Positions 43,864 through 53,852 of a stretch of 64,000 bases of DNA are shown one piece after another. Under the pieces are notes generated by a model. The model ran no database searches. It was not told where the DNA came from and was given only the letters and a program-made list of their open reading frames with translations. Each line of letters starts with the position of its first letter. Within the stretch, counting starts at the first letter, position 1. A program made the position numbers and the translations under genes. Source of the DNA: Candidatus Peribacteria bacterium (GTDB lineage Bacteria > Patescibacteriota > Gracilibacteria > Peribacterales > Peribacteraceae); the NCBI GenBank assembly GCA_041691135.1, contig JBEPVF010000004.1, positions 29,833 to 93,832 of the forward strand. The letters run 5' to 3'.

Positions 43864-44748
43864 ATGAGTATGCAAAGGTGTCGTCACTATTCGCTGCTGG
43901 TCATCGCCCTCAGTACTATTGCATTGCACGCATGTGGTCCCTCTACGCACGAGGTGCGCAGCGATGAGCTTGGCATCCGCCTGACCGTTCCATCGACGCT
44001 CGTAATGGGCGGCATGACTGATAAGACGCTCACCGATAACGACCAGGCCATTGCCATCCATCAACTGCGCATCTACCAGCCAAATGGTTCGTTTATTCTG
44101 GTGCTGCAATCGCAGGATCCTCAGTTCGCGCAAATCGTCTTACGGTACGTTCAGCAACAAGACACTCGTGTTCGCGGCAAAACATACACCCGCTACACCC
44201 TCGACAGCGCCTGTCATCCCGAAGGATTCGTGACGAAAGAAGGTGACAATTACTACGCCATTGAATTCGACTGCTTTAGCGACAGCAACGTGATCACGCG
44301 AGTAATGGATTCCGTCGCGTTCTCCGCGCCCACGGCCGCCGGCACAGTACTCCTGATACCACACAAGCTTCAGAGCCGGCAGATGCCCATCGCCCTTACC
44401 GCCCCGGCCGGATTCCAGAGCATGAGCGACGCACCGGTTGTTATCACTGTGGGAAAAGATCGAATTTCCTCACAACAATGGACCCTGGCCCTCGGGAATA
44501 AATCGATCGACATTCTGGCCAGCCATGATGTTCGCGCTGCCCAAAGCCCACAATTCGGTGCCAAACGCGAACGTGCTTTCAGCGGCACATCATTTGTTGA
44601 ATGGACGGAAAGCAAAGATCCCGAGCATCCGATCATCTTCACTGCTCTGCATCAGGGTATCGCTTATGTGTTCACCTTCCGTCACTTTACTTCGGAAGCA
44701 GACATCGATGCGGTGATGCGCTCTCTACAATTCACCGACGCTCAGTAG
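43864..44748 (+). CDS. hypothetical secreted/lipoprotein-like protein
   Basis: The signal-like N-terminus LLVIALSTIALHAC|G is a marginal lipobox. No domain recognised. Confidence 0.55.
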   Translation: MSMQRCRHYSLLVIALSTIALHACGPSTHEVRSDELGIRLTVPSTLVMGGMTDKTLTDNDQAIAIHQLRIYQPNGSFILVLQSQDPQFAQIVLRYVQQQDTRVRGKTYTRYTLDSACHPEGFVTKEGDNYYAIEFDCFSDSNVITRVMDSVAFSAPTAAGTVLLIPHKLQSRQMPIALTAPAGFQSMSDAPVVITVGKDRISSQQWTLALGNKSIDILASHDVRAAQSPQFGAKRERAFSGTSFVEWTESKDPEHPIIFTALHQGIAYVFTFRHFTSEADIDAVMRSLQFTDAQ

Positions 44749-45386
44749 TGGCACCGTATTCAGCCATCCTCTTCGACCTCGACGGCACGCTCGTCTCGAC
44801 CATCGATGTGTACTGCCACGCAGTGACGGCATCATTTAAAGAGATCGGAATTAACGTGACGCAGAAGCAATTCAACGAATGGTATAAACGTCCCATTCAT
44901 CTGGAAGGCATGCTGGAACTTCACGGACTGACCGAAGAAGATGTGCCCGAGGTGCGCGGCATCCGCGACCGGTTGTATATCGACAAACTGCGCACCGACA
45001 CGACGTGGATCGACGGTGCGGAAGATGTACTCACGGAAGTGAAAAAGAAGTATCCGGTCGCCGTCGTCACCGGTTCGCATATGAGTTACGTGGACGCCAT
45101 TGATGAATGTTTGGGCATCAAGCGCTACGTACAGCACTACATCACCGCCGACGAGGTGGGGAAGTTCATGAAACCACATCCTCACGGCCTGCTGTTGGCT
45201 GCCGATTTGCTCAAGGTCGATCCAAAGGAGTGCCTGTATATCGGCGACCAGACCTTCGACATGACCGCCGCCAGGGCCTGCGGCATGACCAACTGCCTGG
45301 TGCCATTCGTCTACACGGCGGCTGATGCAAAAGAAGAAGCGGATATCGTATGCAAGACCCTGGAAGATGTACTGAAAATATTGTGA
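44748..45386 (+). CDS. HAD-superfamily hydrolase (phosphoglycolate phosphatase-like)
   Basis: Motif I ILFDLDGTLV, motif II VVTGS, and motifs III/IV K...IGDQTFDM. The GTG start overlaps the previous TAG (TAGTG). Confidence 0.8.
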   Translation: MAPYSAILFDLDGTLVSTIDVYCHAVTASFKEIGINVTQKQFNEWYKRPIHLEGMLELHGLTEEDVPEVRGIRDRLYIDKLRTDTTWIDGAEDVLTEVKKKYPVAVVTGSHMSYVDAIDECLGIKRYVQHYITADEVGKFMKPHPHGLLLAADLLKVDPKECLYIGDQTFDMTAARACGMTNCLVPFVYTAADAKEEADIVCKTLEDVLKIL

Positions 45387-45414
45387 ACATTGTTCATCTC
45401 TTTACCGTTTTCGT

Positions 45415-46521
45415 ATGGATACTCGTCCCACTCAGCTCGCCACCGTTCTGCTCGACCACTCACTCAAGATCCAATCGGGTGAAAAGCTCTTGATCTGCAC
45501 ATCCGATTTTTCACCGCTGCCGCTGCTCCAGGAAACGTATCGCCTCGGCATCGAACGCGGCGCGCACGTGGAGCTGGATGTGCTCGGCATACAAATGCAA
45601 CGCGGTCGGGCCGACTTCGGCGGGTTCGCCCACACCTTGCTTTCCACAGGCAGCGACGAGCAGTTACGGTACGTCTCGGACATTCTCAATACCAAATTCG
45701 ACTGGGCCGACGCTTTTCTATTTATCGGTGCCCTCGAAGACGATCTGTTTCTGAGCGATATCGATACCGAAAAATTCTCGCTATGGAGCAGGTCGAAGTT
45801 TGCACTGAATGAGAAATTATTTGAGAAACGTTGGGTTCTGACCCAGTGGCCGACGAACGGATTTGCCGAAAAATGTGATCTCGCGCCGCAGGAAGCCATC
45901 GACTTTTACTACCAAGCTTGCCTGGTTGATTATGCGGCTGAATCAGCCCGTATTAAGCAGCTGCAGGACATTTTGGACGAAGGGAAAACCGTCCGCATCA
46001 TAGGATCGAACACGGATCTGACGCTCGGCATCGAGGGGCGGCTGGCAGCGGGTGCCAACACCGGACGCCGCAATATTCCCGATGGCGAATGTTTTTTGGG
46101 ACCGGTCGAAGATCAGACCGAGGGCACCATCACATTTGAACTGCCGCAGGTGCGTTCGGGCCACGAAGTCCGGGGCATCAAACTGGAATTCCGCAACGGA
46201 AAAATCGAGCGGGCAACGGCTGAACACGGCGAAGCACTCCTCTTGCGTACGCTCGAGGAGGATCCGGGAAACCGCCGTCTCGGAGAACTGGGCATCGGGA
46301 TGAACCGGTTCATCACCAACTATCTAAAGCAAACCCTGTTCGACGAGAAGATTGCGGGGACCGTGCACGTGGCCCTTGGCCGATCGTACGATGAACAGCG
46401 GGGTGGAGGCAAGAACAGAGGGTCGATACATTGGGATCTGGTAAAGGATCTTAGGCATTCGGGAACGAGCGTGACGGTGGATGACCGGGTGATTATGAAA
46501 GACGGGAAACTTCACCTGTGA
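45415..46521 (+). CDS. M29-family aminopeptidase (AmpS/PepS-like)
   Basis: Length and blocks (LLDHSLKIQSGEKLLI, NIPDGECF, GTVHVALG..., IHWDLV) fit the thermophilic metalloprotease M29 family. Confidence 0.75.
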   Translation: MDTRPTQLATVLLDHSLKIQSGEKLLICTSDFSPLPLLQETYRLGIERGAHVELDVLGIQMQRGRADFGGFAHTLLSTGSDEQLRYVSDILNTKFDWADAFLFIGALEDDLFLSDIDTEKFSLWSRSKFALNEKLFEKRWVLTQWPTNGFAEKCDLAPQEAIDFYYQACLVDYAAESARIKQLQDILDEGKTVRIIGSNTDLTLGIEGRLAAGANTGRRNIPDGECFLGPVEDQTEGTITFELPQVRSGHEVRGIKLEFRNGKIERATAEHGEALLLRTLEEDPGNRRLGELGIGMNRFITNYLKQTLFDEKIAGTVHVALGRSYDEQRGGGKNRGSIHWDLVKDLRHSGTSVTVDDRVIMKDGKLHL

Positions 46522-46627
46522 TACATCGCTTCGTAGTGAAGCAGTATGAAATTTTGCAGCATGGCGCTGTCGCTTTCTTCGCAGATTCGCGGGAGTCATC
46601 CGATTCATCGTGCGCGGGTTCCATCGC

Positions 46628-47989
46628 TTATTGCACTACGCGCACCACTCTTCCCCTCACTTTCCATCCTTCGTAGGGCGTCCAATGACATTTGCTGTGC
46701 AGATTTTTTGCCTCAATCGTCCACTCGGCTTCCGGGTCGACCAGGATCATATCCGCCTTGGCACCCTCGACGACTCCTTTTTTCCCAAGCGAGTAGATGT
46801 CATTCGGATGTTCGAATAACAAATTATAAATGTCTGTCATCCGCACTGCATACTTAATCACTCTTTTCTTCGGCTCACTTGTTCCACCCGACGCCATCGA
46901 TAGAAGTAACGGCAGCATCGTCTCGACGCCGGGAACGCCGCTCGGCGCCTTAAGCGGTTCATTATCGGTTTTTTCTTCGAGCGTATGCGGCGCATGGTCC
47001 GTTGCAATGCAGTCGACGGTCCCATCCTTGATTCCCGCCCACAGAGCATTGCGATGCTCCACCGTTCGAACGGGCGGATTCATTTTTGCCAGCGTGCCCA
47101 GTTGTTTGTAATCATCAGTTGTCAGAAACAAGTGATGCGGCGCGACTTCACAGGTCATCGCCACGCCTTCTTTCTTCGCCTGACGCACAAGATCGACACC
47201 TTGCTTCGTCGAAAGATGTGCCACGTGGAACTTCGTACCGTATTTCTTCGCCAGACTGATGGCGTAGGCAATGGCCTTTGCCTCGGATTCCGGCGGCCGC
47301 ATGAGGGAATGACGCGCAACAGTGGGATGAACCGATTCATCATTCGCATACTTCGCCGCCGCCTCGGCATTCATTGCCGGATCTTCGCAGTGACACACTA
47401 GGGGAATGCGCTGCTCGGCACATGCCTTGAATATATCGTCCAAGATCGACACATCGATGCCCTGATTGCCCGTCGAATGATCGAAGAAGACTTTCACGCC
47501 GCAGCAATGTGCCTTCAGGCGATCCAGCTCGGCATTGCCACCATCCCACAACTCGCGGAGCACGGCCAAGTGAATATCCTGCGTCACGCCAAAGAAAAAG
47601 TGAATATCGCAATCGGTGATCTCTTCCGCGCGCCGCACTTTATCGGCCAACGCGCTGACGGTGTTCGTCGGTGGAATCGTATTCGGCATTTCGCATACTG
47701 TCGTGACGCCGCCAGCCAATGCCGCACGCGATTCGGTCTGCATCGTTGCCTTGTGTTCCAATCCCGGTTCACGGAAATGCACATGACAATCGATGAGTCC
47801 GGGCAAGAGAACCAAGCCGTTCGCCTCGATCACTTCGTGCACCGGATCGTCCTGCACTGATGGCAACGCATAGGTCGGTGAATCATGGAAAGCGATCTGT
47901 TCAATAACTCCATCGCGCACCAGTAGATCGGCAATAAGCTGATCAGTCACCGTTACCAGATGCGCGTCCTTGATCAGGAGACTGCTCAT
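46628..47989 (-). CDS. pyrC: dihydroorotase
   Basis: LPGLIDCHVHFREPG, GGVTTVCEMPNT, HCED and ATDHAPH. Overlaps pyrB by 4 nt (ATGA). Confidence 0.9.
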   Translation of the reverse strand: MSSLLIKDAHLVTVTDQLIADLLVRDGVIEQIAFHDSPTYALPSVQDDPVHEVIEANGLVLLPGLIDCHVHFREPGLEHKATMQTESRAALAGGVTTVCEMPNTIPPTNTVSALADKVRRAEEITDCDIHFFFGVTQDIHLAVLRELWDGGNAELDRLKAHCCGVKVFFDHSTGNQGIDVSILDDIFKACAEQRIPLVCHCEDPAMNAEAAAKYANDESVHPTVARHSLMRPPESEAKAIAYAISLAKKYGTKFHVAHLSTKQGVDLVRQAKKEGVAMTCEVAPHHLFLTTDDYKQLGTLAKMNPPVRTVEHRNALWAGIKDGTVDCIATDHAPHTLEEKTDNEPLKAPSGVPGVETMLPLLLSMASGGTSEPKKRVIKYAVRMTDIYNLLFEHPNDIYSLGKKGVVEGAKADMILVDPEAEWTIEAKNLHSKCHWTPYEGWKVRGRVVRVVQ

Positions 47990-48903
47990 GCATCGGCCAG
48001 AAGAAGTGACAGAAGAGCCATCCGCACCGGTACGGCATTCCCAGCCTGGCGAAAATAGGCCGCGTGCTTGTACTCGTCCACCTCCGGCGCGATTTCCTGG
48101 AGCCGTGGCAACGGACTGATGATCGTCGATTCGGTGCGTTCCATGTGCTTGCCCGTGAGCTGGTACACATCGCGCAGTTTTTCGTATTCAGCGCGGCTCT
48201 CGTAGCGCTCTTCCTGAATGCGCGTCATGTCGATGACATCGCATTCCAATGCATCGTCGAACGATGTCGATTCGCGAAAATCCACACCGTGTTCGGTGAG
48301 ATACTCTTTGATTTCATCCGGCATCACCAGTTCGGCAGGCGAGACGAAGAGCAGGCGATTGTCGGGGAAGAGACTGAGCAGGTAGCACAGCGAATGCACC
48401 GTGCGCGAGAAGCGCAGATCGCCGACCATCGCAATGGAGAGGCCTTCGGTTGTGCCGCGCTCTTTTTTGATCGTGTACAAATCGAGCAGTGCCTGCGTCG
48501 GATGTTCGCCCGGCCCGTCGCCCGCACTCAAGAACGGCGGAACACTCACGCTAGCCGCGCGGGCCGCTGCACCGGCTTCGAAGTGGCGCATCACGATGAT
48601 GTCCGCATAATTGTTCACCATGCGGATTGTATCTTCCAGCGTCTCACCTTTTTTGAGCGACGTGTTCTCGATGCCATTCACGGTAATCACCTGTCCGCCC
48701 AGCCGCAACATGGCCGATTCAAAACTCAATCGCGTCCGCGTGCTGGGCTCGTAGAAGAGGCTCGCCAGAATTTTTCCTTTCAGACGATCGTCACCGCCCT
48801 TGGCACGCACCTTCTCCATTTTTTCAGTCGCCTTCAAAATCAACTCCACATCGTCGCGCGTGAGCGCTGTCGTGGAAATGAGGTATCGGAAGCTAAGCGG
48901 CAT
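47986..48903 (-). CDS. pyrB: aspartate carbamoyltransferase catalytic subunit
   Basis: STRTRLSFE, HPTQALLD, GDLRFSRT and PLPR motifs. Confidence 0.95.
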   Translation of the reverse strand: MPLSFRYLISTTALTRDDVELILKATEKMEKVRAKGGDDRLKGKILASLFYEPSTRTRLSFESAMLRLGGQVITVNGIENTSLKKGETLEDTIRMVNNYADIIVMRHFEAGAAARAASVSVPPFLSAGDGPGEHPTQALLDLYTIKKERGTTEGLSIAMVGDLRFSRTVHSLCYLLSLFPDNRLLFVSPAELVMPDEIKEYLTEHGVDFRESTSFDDALECDVIDMTRIQEERYESRAEYEKLRDVYQLTGKHMERTESTIISPLPRLQEIAPEVDEYKHAAYFRQAGNAVPVRMALLSLLLADA

Positions 48904-48950
48904 GCTGAATGCACTGTACGTAAAAAATTACATATTGTCGATATTCAACT

Positions 48951-49403
48951 TTACATTAAAGAACTCTCCGCCTGAAGAAGTTGGCTGAACTGTACCCAGA
49001 ATGCCGCGTCGTGTATGGAGCGTATCTGCACCGGATCACCATCCAGGTCCCACTCCTGGCCATCGAAAGTCAGTGTGGCAACGCGTTCACTTTCGCTTGG
49101 CAGATTAAGGTAAACACCAAATGTGTGCACGCCTGCTTCTGCATCGGCTGGCAGAAGTTTTGCATGACACACGTCTAAATCATATTGTGTTCTAAGCCAG
49201 TCACTCGCTTGCCGCTGAAACGCGAGTTGTTCAGATGAAAGTGTTGGTCGCTCAGGCCCAGTAACACATCCCTCCAGTCTTTCTCTGACCCATTGACCAG
49301 CGGCGGTTAATCTTTTTTTTACATGCCCTATGATGGACGTTTGCTCGACAGGCTCAGAAACGCCATGTTCTACGTCCTGCCGATGAGACATCATGATACC
49401 CAT
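48951..49403 (-). CDS. hypothetical protein (~150 aa)
   Basis: ORF only. The start is placed at MGIMMSH (49403) to leave a divergent promoter spacer before the flippase gene. Confidence 0.4.
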   Translation of the reverse strand: MGIMMSHRQDVEHGVSEPVEQTSIIGHVKKRLTAAGQWVRERLEGCVTGPERPTLSSEQLAFQRQASDWLRTQYDLDVCHAKLLPADAEAGVHTFGVYLNLPSESERVATLTFDGQEWDLDGDPVQIRSIHDAAFWVQFSQLLQAESSLM

Positions 49404-49499
49404 AACAAGGCATTTTTCTCCTCGATTCGAAAAACACAAGCATTCGGACAACGAAAAGACAATTTGCGCTTTGGTATGCCGAGCAGTCACACTGTGATC

Positions 49500-50960
49500 A
49501 TGTCCACCCGCGCCATCGCCACGTCCACACTCTGGCAGATCGCGAGCCAGGTCGTCATGGCTGCGCTCAGTATCGTGACGATCAAATTCGTCACGATTGG
49601 ACTGAGCAAAGAACTAGCCGGCATCTACAATTCCGCCTACGGATTTCTCCAGCTCTTCGGTGTGCTGGCCGACTTTGGACTGTACGCCATTGCAGTGCGT
49701 GAGGTGAGCAAAGCTGAAAACAAAACCGATGTCTTGGGCACGCTGATGGCACTGCGCATTTTGATTCTCTGTTTTTCTCTGGGAACAGCCCTGCTCATCG
49801 TCTGGATTCTGCCGGCGTGGCACAACACTCCATTGCCGATGAGCGCCACCATCGCCGCGCTCGTTCCCTTCTTCACGCTCCTCGCCGGCATGCAGCGCAC
49901 GATTTTTCAGGTCCACTACCGCTTGCAGTACGTATTCATTGCCGAGGTGTTGCAGCGGATCATCACTACGGGGCTCATTGCCACCGTCGTGCTGATGGGC
50001 ATCCGCGGCAGCACGGATGTCCACACCGAAGAATTATTTCTCTTCATTGGAGGTATCGGTGCAATGGCATTGTTCGCCACGCAGTTGTACTTCGGCCGTA
50101 GGTTTCTGCCGTTTACCCTGCATTGGAATTGGACAGTGATCCGACACGTATTCTGGATGGCCGCGCCGTACGGTCTCGCATATCTGTGCATGGCGCTGTA
50201 TCGCCAGCTTGATGTGCCGTTGATCACATTGCTCCGGCCTCACGACTTCGACCTGCAGAACGCCTACTACGGCTTCGTGATGCGCATGGCCGACATGGGA
50301 TTCATCATCCCCACCTTCCTGCTCAATTCGGTGCTCCCCATTATGAGCGACCGCGACAGCAAAGGCGTGGATACGCGACATCTCCTCGGCAAAACACTTT
50401 TCATCCTACTGCTGCTCGGCTCAACTGCGTTCCTCTTCGCGCAACTTTGGTCGGTGCCGCTGATTCATCTGCTCACTACCAAGGCCTACGTATCGACACC
50501 GGGACATCCGGGTTCCGATGCTGCACTGCGCCTGATCAGCATTCCGATGCTTATGAACGGCATGATTCTGTACAGCTTCTATGTCCTGCTGAACCGCAAC
50601 GCCTGGCGCCGGCTGGTGGCCACGTTGCTGTGCGGCGTCGTCATTGCTCTCGCCTGCAATCTCCTGCTGATTCCCGGCCTCGGCTTTATCGGCGCCAGCT
50701 ACACCTCCATCATCGTCCACGTCTTCATCGCAGCGGCGCTTCTGCCGCAGGCCCTGCGCGTGATGCCGGCTGCGATCAGTCGCCACCAACTCTGGCAATG
50801 GCTGCTCTTCACGCTTCTCTTGGCCGCACCGCTATATCTGCTTGCTCCGTTTTTGCCGAACGACCTGATCACCGTATCGGCGCTCGTCGGAATAATCGTC
50901 TGGATAATAGGAATTGCCGAAGCGACAGGAATTCGTCGGAGCTTAAGCGAAGCCATATAA
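49500..50960 (+). CDS. MOP-superfamily polysaccharide/lipid-linked oligosaccharide flippase (Wzx/MurJ-like)
   Basis: About 14 predicted TM helices. The N-terminal pattern LWQIASQVVMAALSIVTIKFVTIGLSKELAGIYNSAY is typical of the polysaccharide biosynthesis protein family. ATG at 49500. Confidence 0.75.
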   Translation: MSTRAIATSTLWQIASQVVMAALSIVTIKFVTIGLSKELAGIYNSAYGFLQLFGVLADFGLYAIAVREVSKAENKTDVLGTLMALRILILCFSLGTALLIVWILPAWHNTPLPMSATIAALVPFFTLLAGMQRTIFQVHYRLQYVFIAEVLQRIITTGLIATVVLMGIRGSTDVHTEELFLFIGGIGAMALFATQLYFGRRFLPFTLHWNWTVIRHVFWMAAPYGLAYLCMALYRQLDVPLITLLRPHDFDLQNAYYGFVMRMADMGFIIPTFLLNSVLPIMSDRDSKGVDTRHLLGKTLFILLLLGSTAFLFAQLWSVPLIHLLTTKAYVSTPGHPGSDAALRLISIPMLMNGMILYSFYVLLNRNAWRRLVATLLCGVVIALACNLLLIPGLGFIGASYTSIIVHVFIAAALLPQALRVMPAAISRHQLWQWLLFTLLLAAPLYLLAPFLPNDLITVSALVGIIVWIIGIAEATGIRRSLSEAI

Positions 50961-51122
50961 GGGACAAAGCACCGGTAATTTTCGTAACAGCGCCTGGCTC
51001 TGCCACTACGATTTATGGCAAATACATGCAGTAAACGACGTTCTATGAACGAATAGAACACTACGCGAACCTTCCTATTATGGTAAGAATCTGGTATAAT
51101 TATCAGATTCCTCAACACACAC

Positions 51123-52289
51123 ATGACACATCTCCGCCTCATTATCTTGGGTAGCATGATGGCTCTGTGGCCATCGTTCGCCCTAGCCGCTGTTCCGGCC
51201 GTGACCGGTATCGTCGCATCGTACGAGAACGGACAAATCCATGTGTCGTGGACCGCACCATCCGAGCCCGCACAATCGTTCCGCATTTACTACAGCCGCG
51301 AATCAATCCTGCAGAATAACGGCCGCTACGATGATTTCGAAACCACAAGCGGCAACCGCACCGAATATTTTTTGACGAACTTCCCCACCGCCAGCCATCT
51401 CTACATTTCTGTTCTCGCCGTCGCCATGTCGGGCGAGGAAGGGAAGACGTTTACGACGGAGACAACCGTGGATCTACCATCCGCAGGAACAGCGACATCC
51501 ACCATGACGCCGCCTTCGTCGTTCGGCGCCACATCATCCACTACGACGGCAGCGACACTCCAACTGCTTTCCGCTCTTCCCATCTCATCGACAGGCGTCA
51601 CACTCACCTTTAACGCGCCGATCGAGTTGGCAGATACTGATGGACCATCCGCATTCGTCATACAAGACGGCTCAGGCCATCAGCTCTCTATGCGAAAGCT
51701 CGTGATCATGGGCGCTCAAATCATGATCGTCACGGACCAGCAGCAGGCAGGCACAGTCTATAACTTGCAAGTGAACGACGTCGTCAAAGGCCAAGGAATG
51801 ACGACGAGTCTTCCGCTCGATCCCTTTCAGCGCAATGCCCAGTTCACGGCATGGGATGCGCTCACCGATACCCCGTCTATGCCGACCGAAACGCCCGCGT
51901 CGATTGTCGGCCTCACATTGAACGGACAAGTACAGAGCAATGGTCGCTACACGGTAACCGCCCACTGGGGACTCTCGGCGCCAGCCGCAGTCGTACAATC
52001 TTTTGAACTGATGCAGAGCCGTGATGGCGGCAAAAAATTCAGCGCTGTCCAAACCATTGCCGGCGATACGCAGGCCGTCACCTTTCACGATGTGCCATTC
52101 GGCGCGTTCGGTGTCTCGATTCGCGCAGTGATGCCGAGCGGGCAACGAGGCCCGGATGTATTCTCGTCTATTGATCTGCCAAAGCCACAAACGAACTTGC
52201 CGAGCAGCGGCCCGGGCGTTCTGCTCCTGATGGGAACGGCGGGCGCCGTAGCCGGTTGGCGAAAAATGCGTCTGCAGCTGGCAAAATAA
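51123..52289 (+). CDS. secreted fibronectin-III/Ig-like repeat surface protein with LPSSG sorting-signal-like C-terminus
   Basis: Signal peptide LWPSFALA|A. FN3-like unit (VSWTAPSEPAQSFRIYYS). The C-terminus is LPSSG, a hydrophobic stretch (PGVLLLMGTAGAVAGW), then the basic tail RKMR. Confidence 0.7.
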   Translation: MTHLRLIILGSMMALWPSFALAAVPAVTGIVASYENGQIHVSWTAPSEPAQSFRIYYSRESILQNNGRYDDFETTSGNRTEYFLTNFPTASHLYISVLAVAMSGEEGKTFTTETTVDLPSAGTATSTMTPPSSFGATSSTTTAATLQLLSALPISSTGVTLTFNAPIELADTDGPSAFVIQDGSGHQLSMRKLVIMGAQIMIVTDQQQAGTVYNLQVNDVVKGQGMTTSLPLDPFQRNAQFTAWDALTDTPSMPTETPASIVGLTLNGQVQSNGRYTVTAHWGLSAPAAVVQSFELMQSRDGGKKFSAVQTIAGDTQAVTFHDVPFGAFGVSIRAVMPSGQRGPDVFSSIDLPKPQTNLPSSGPGVLLLMGTAGAVAGWRKMRLQLAK

Positions 52290-52328
52290 TTTCGACTGCA
52301 CCACAGTCGACGGGCGGACATTTACGCT

Positions 52329-53174
52329 TTGAGCGTGCACAAGATCCCCGCTCGTCATTGGGTGAAACTCTGCGCAGGCCTCTGTGTGCTGCTTGCATTG
52401 TGTGCCCGCGAGTGGCTGCTGCTTCCGGATGGACGGGCACACCTCTCGATTTTGAACATCGGTCAGGGCGACAGCATTTTGCTCACGACACCGCAAGGCC
52501 ATCGGATACTAATCGATGGCGGCCCGGACCTGACGACACTGGAAGAGCTGGGCCGCCATCTGCCGTTCTTCGATCGCCATATTGATCTGCTCGTTCTGTC
52601 GCATCCGCACATCGATCACATCGCGAGTTTTCCACCCATTCTTGAGCGCTACCAGGTCGATGCGGTACTGATGAACAACACGCAGTACGGCTCGCCGCGC
52701 TACCAACATTTTCTGTCATTGTTGCGCACGGAACATATTCCGGTGATGGAACCGGACACACACGGCGCCATCGTATTCGATGACGGATTTATCCTAGAAC
52801 GTCTATGGCCGCCGCACGGCTGGTTCGGTGCTGCACCCAAGAATGTACACGATGCGATGGTCGTTCTGCGGGCGCACTACAAGAATCATACGGCATTGCT
52901 CACTGGCGATCTGGAAGCAAAGTATGAGGCAGCTATTCTGAAACTGGGGACCGATGTGCATGCCGATATTCTCAAGATCGGCCATCACGGCAGTCTCACG
53001 TCTACATCCACCGGCTTCCTCGTGGCAGTGCATCCGTCTCTCGCCGTTATTTCGGCCGGCAAAGACAATCCATTCGGCCATCCGCGGCCCCAGACTCTTA
53101 CGCGCCTGGCGCACTTTCACATCCCGATCAAGCGGACAGACCGCGACGGAACGATTGAGATCGTCTGGGAGTGA
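52329..53174 (+). CDS. ComEC/Rec2-related metallo-beta-lactamase domain protein (stand-alone, TM-anchored)
   Basis: ILNIGQGDSILL, LVLSHPHIDHI, LKIGHHGSLTSTS and VISAGKDNPFGHP match the ComEC C-terminal MBL domain. The channel domain is absent. Confidence 0.8.
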   Translation: MSVHKIPARHWVKLCAGLCVLLALCAREWLLLPDGRAHLSILNIGQGDSILLTTPQGHRILIDGGPDLTTLEELGRHLPFFDRHIDLLVLSHPHIDHIASFPPILERYQVDAVLMNNTQYGSPRYQHFLSLLRTEHIPVMEPDTHGAIVFDDGFILERLWPPHGWFGAAPKNVHDAMVVLRAHYKNHTALLTGDLEAKYEAAILKLGTDVHADILKIGHHGSLTSTSTGFLVAVHPSLAVISAGKDNPFGHPRPQTLTRLAHFHIPIKRTDRDGTIEIVWE

Positions 53175-53253
53175 TAAGGGCTATTCTTTCAAATTTTCTC
53201 GCGTATAACGATTTCTTCGCTGTAGCTAGATAGAAAAGTAGGCTCTTAGACCC

Positions 53254-53282
53254 TTGACTTTTTTGATCATTTGCTGTATACA
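53254..53282 (+). promoter_or_regulatory. candidate sigma70-type promoter
   Basis: TTGACT (53254-53259), a 17-nt spacer, then TATACA (53277-53282). It lies 210 nt upstream of ORF 53493. Confidence 0.45.
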
Positions 53283-53492
53283 CAAGCGTCCATCGCTTGT
53301 CGGTGGGCGCGTATTTTTGATATGCGCGAAAAGAGCAGCGGGAAGACATAAATTGCCTGTTGCGCACTGATCATTCACAGGACAGCACCGTTAATCCCAG
53401 CGAATGCACTCACAGAGTCTATGCGCTGGGATTAACAATTCAGGGCAGGTCCACGTCGGGCCCGCCATCAGTCGTTTTCGGAGGCCTGTCAG

Positions 53493-53852
53493 ATGTTGAG
53501 AGCCCGTAAAAAGATGCCGAAGGTGAGGGTCGTGCTCACGGCAGAGCAGGAGAAGGCGGCAGGAGCCGCCTTCGAGCGCAATATGGGCATCGCCGTGGTT
53601 GTGCTGATGGTGATTTTTGGGGGGCTTGGCCTCCCCACCATCTTCAGCGAACACGGTAAGGAAAAGGCCGGCGAGCACGTCTCGCCGCGAACCACAGTTT
53701 CCGCGCCAACTGAGCCAGTGGCCCTCCCGATCGAGGAGCAAGTGGCAGAGGCTATCCGCAAGGAAAAGCCTCAACCACCGTTCACGATCCATGTGGCCAC
53801 CGACGGCCATATCGAAATTAACCCTACCACGCAGGTCGGGTTCCGACCCTGA
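53493..53852 (+). CDS. hypothetical single-pass membrane protein (119 aa)
   Basis: ORF with one TM helix (MGIAVVVLMVIFGGLGLPTIF). No homology recognised. Confidence 0.4.
   Translation: MLRARKKMPKVRVVLTAEQEKAAGAAFERNMGIAVVVLMVIFGGLGLPTIFSEHGKEKAGEHVSPRTTVSAPTEPVALPIEEQVAEAIRKEKPQPPFTIHVATDGHIEINPTTQVGFRP

Noticed and set aside
48064-48975. 303-aa ORF antisense to pyrB
   Set aside because: This is a shadow ORF opposite a canonical pyrB. The translation is Arg/His-rich junk.
51672-52502. 276-aa minus-strand ORF overlapping the FN3 surface protein and the ComEC-domain gene
   Set aside because: The plus-strand genes have a signal peptide, domain motifs and sensible boundaries. The antisense product has none.
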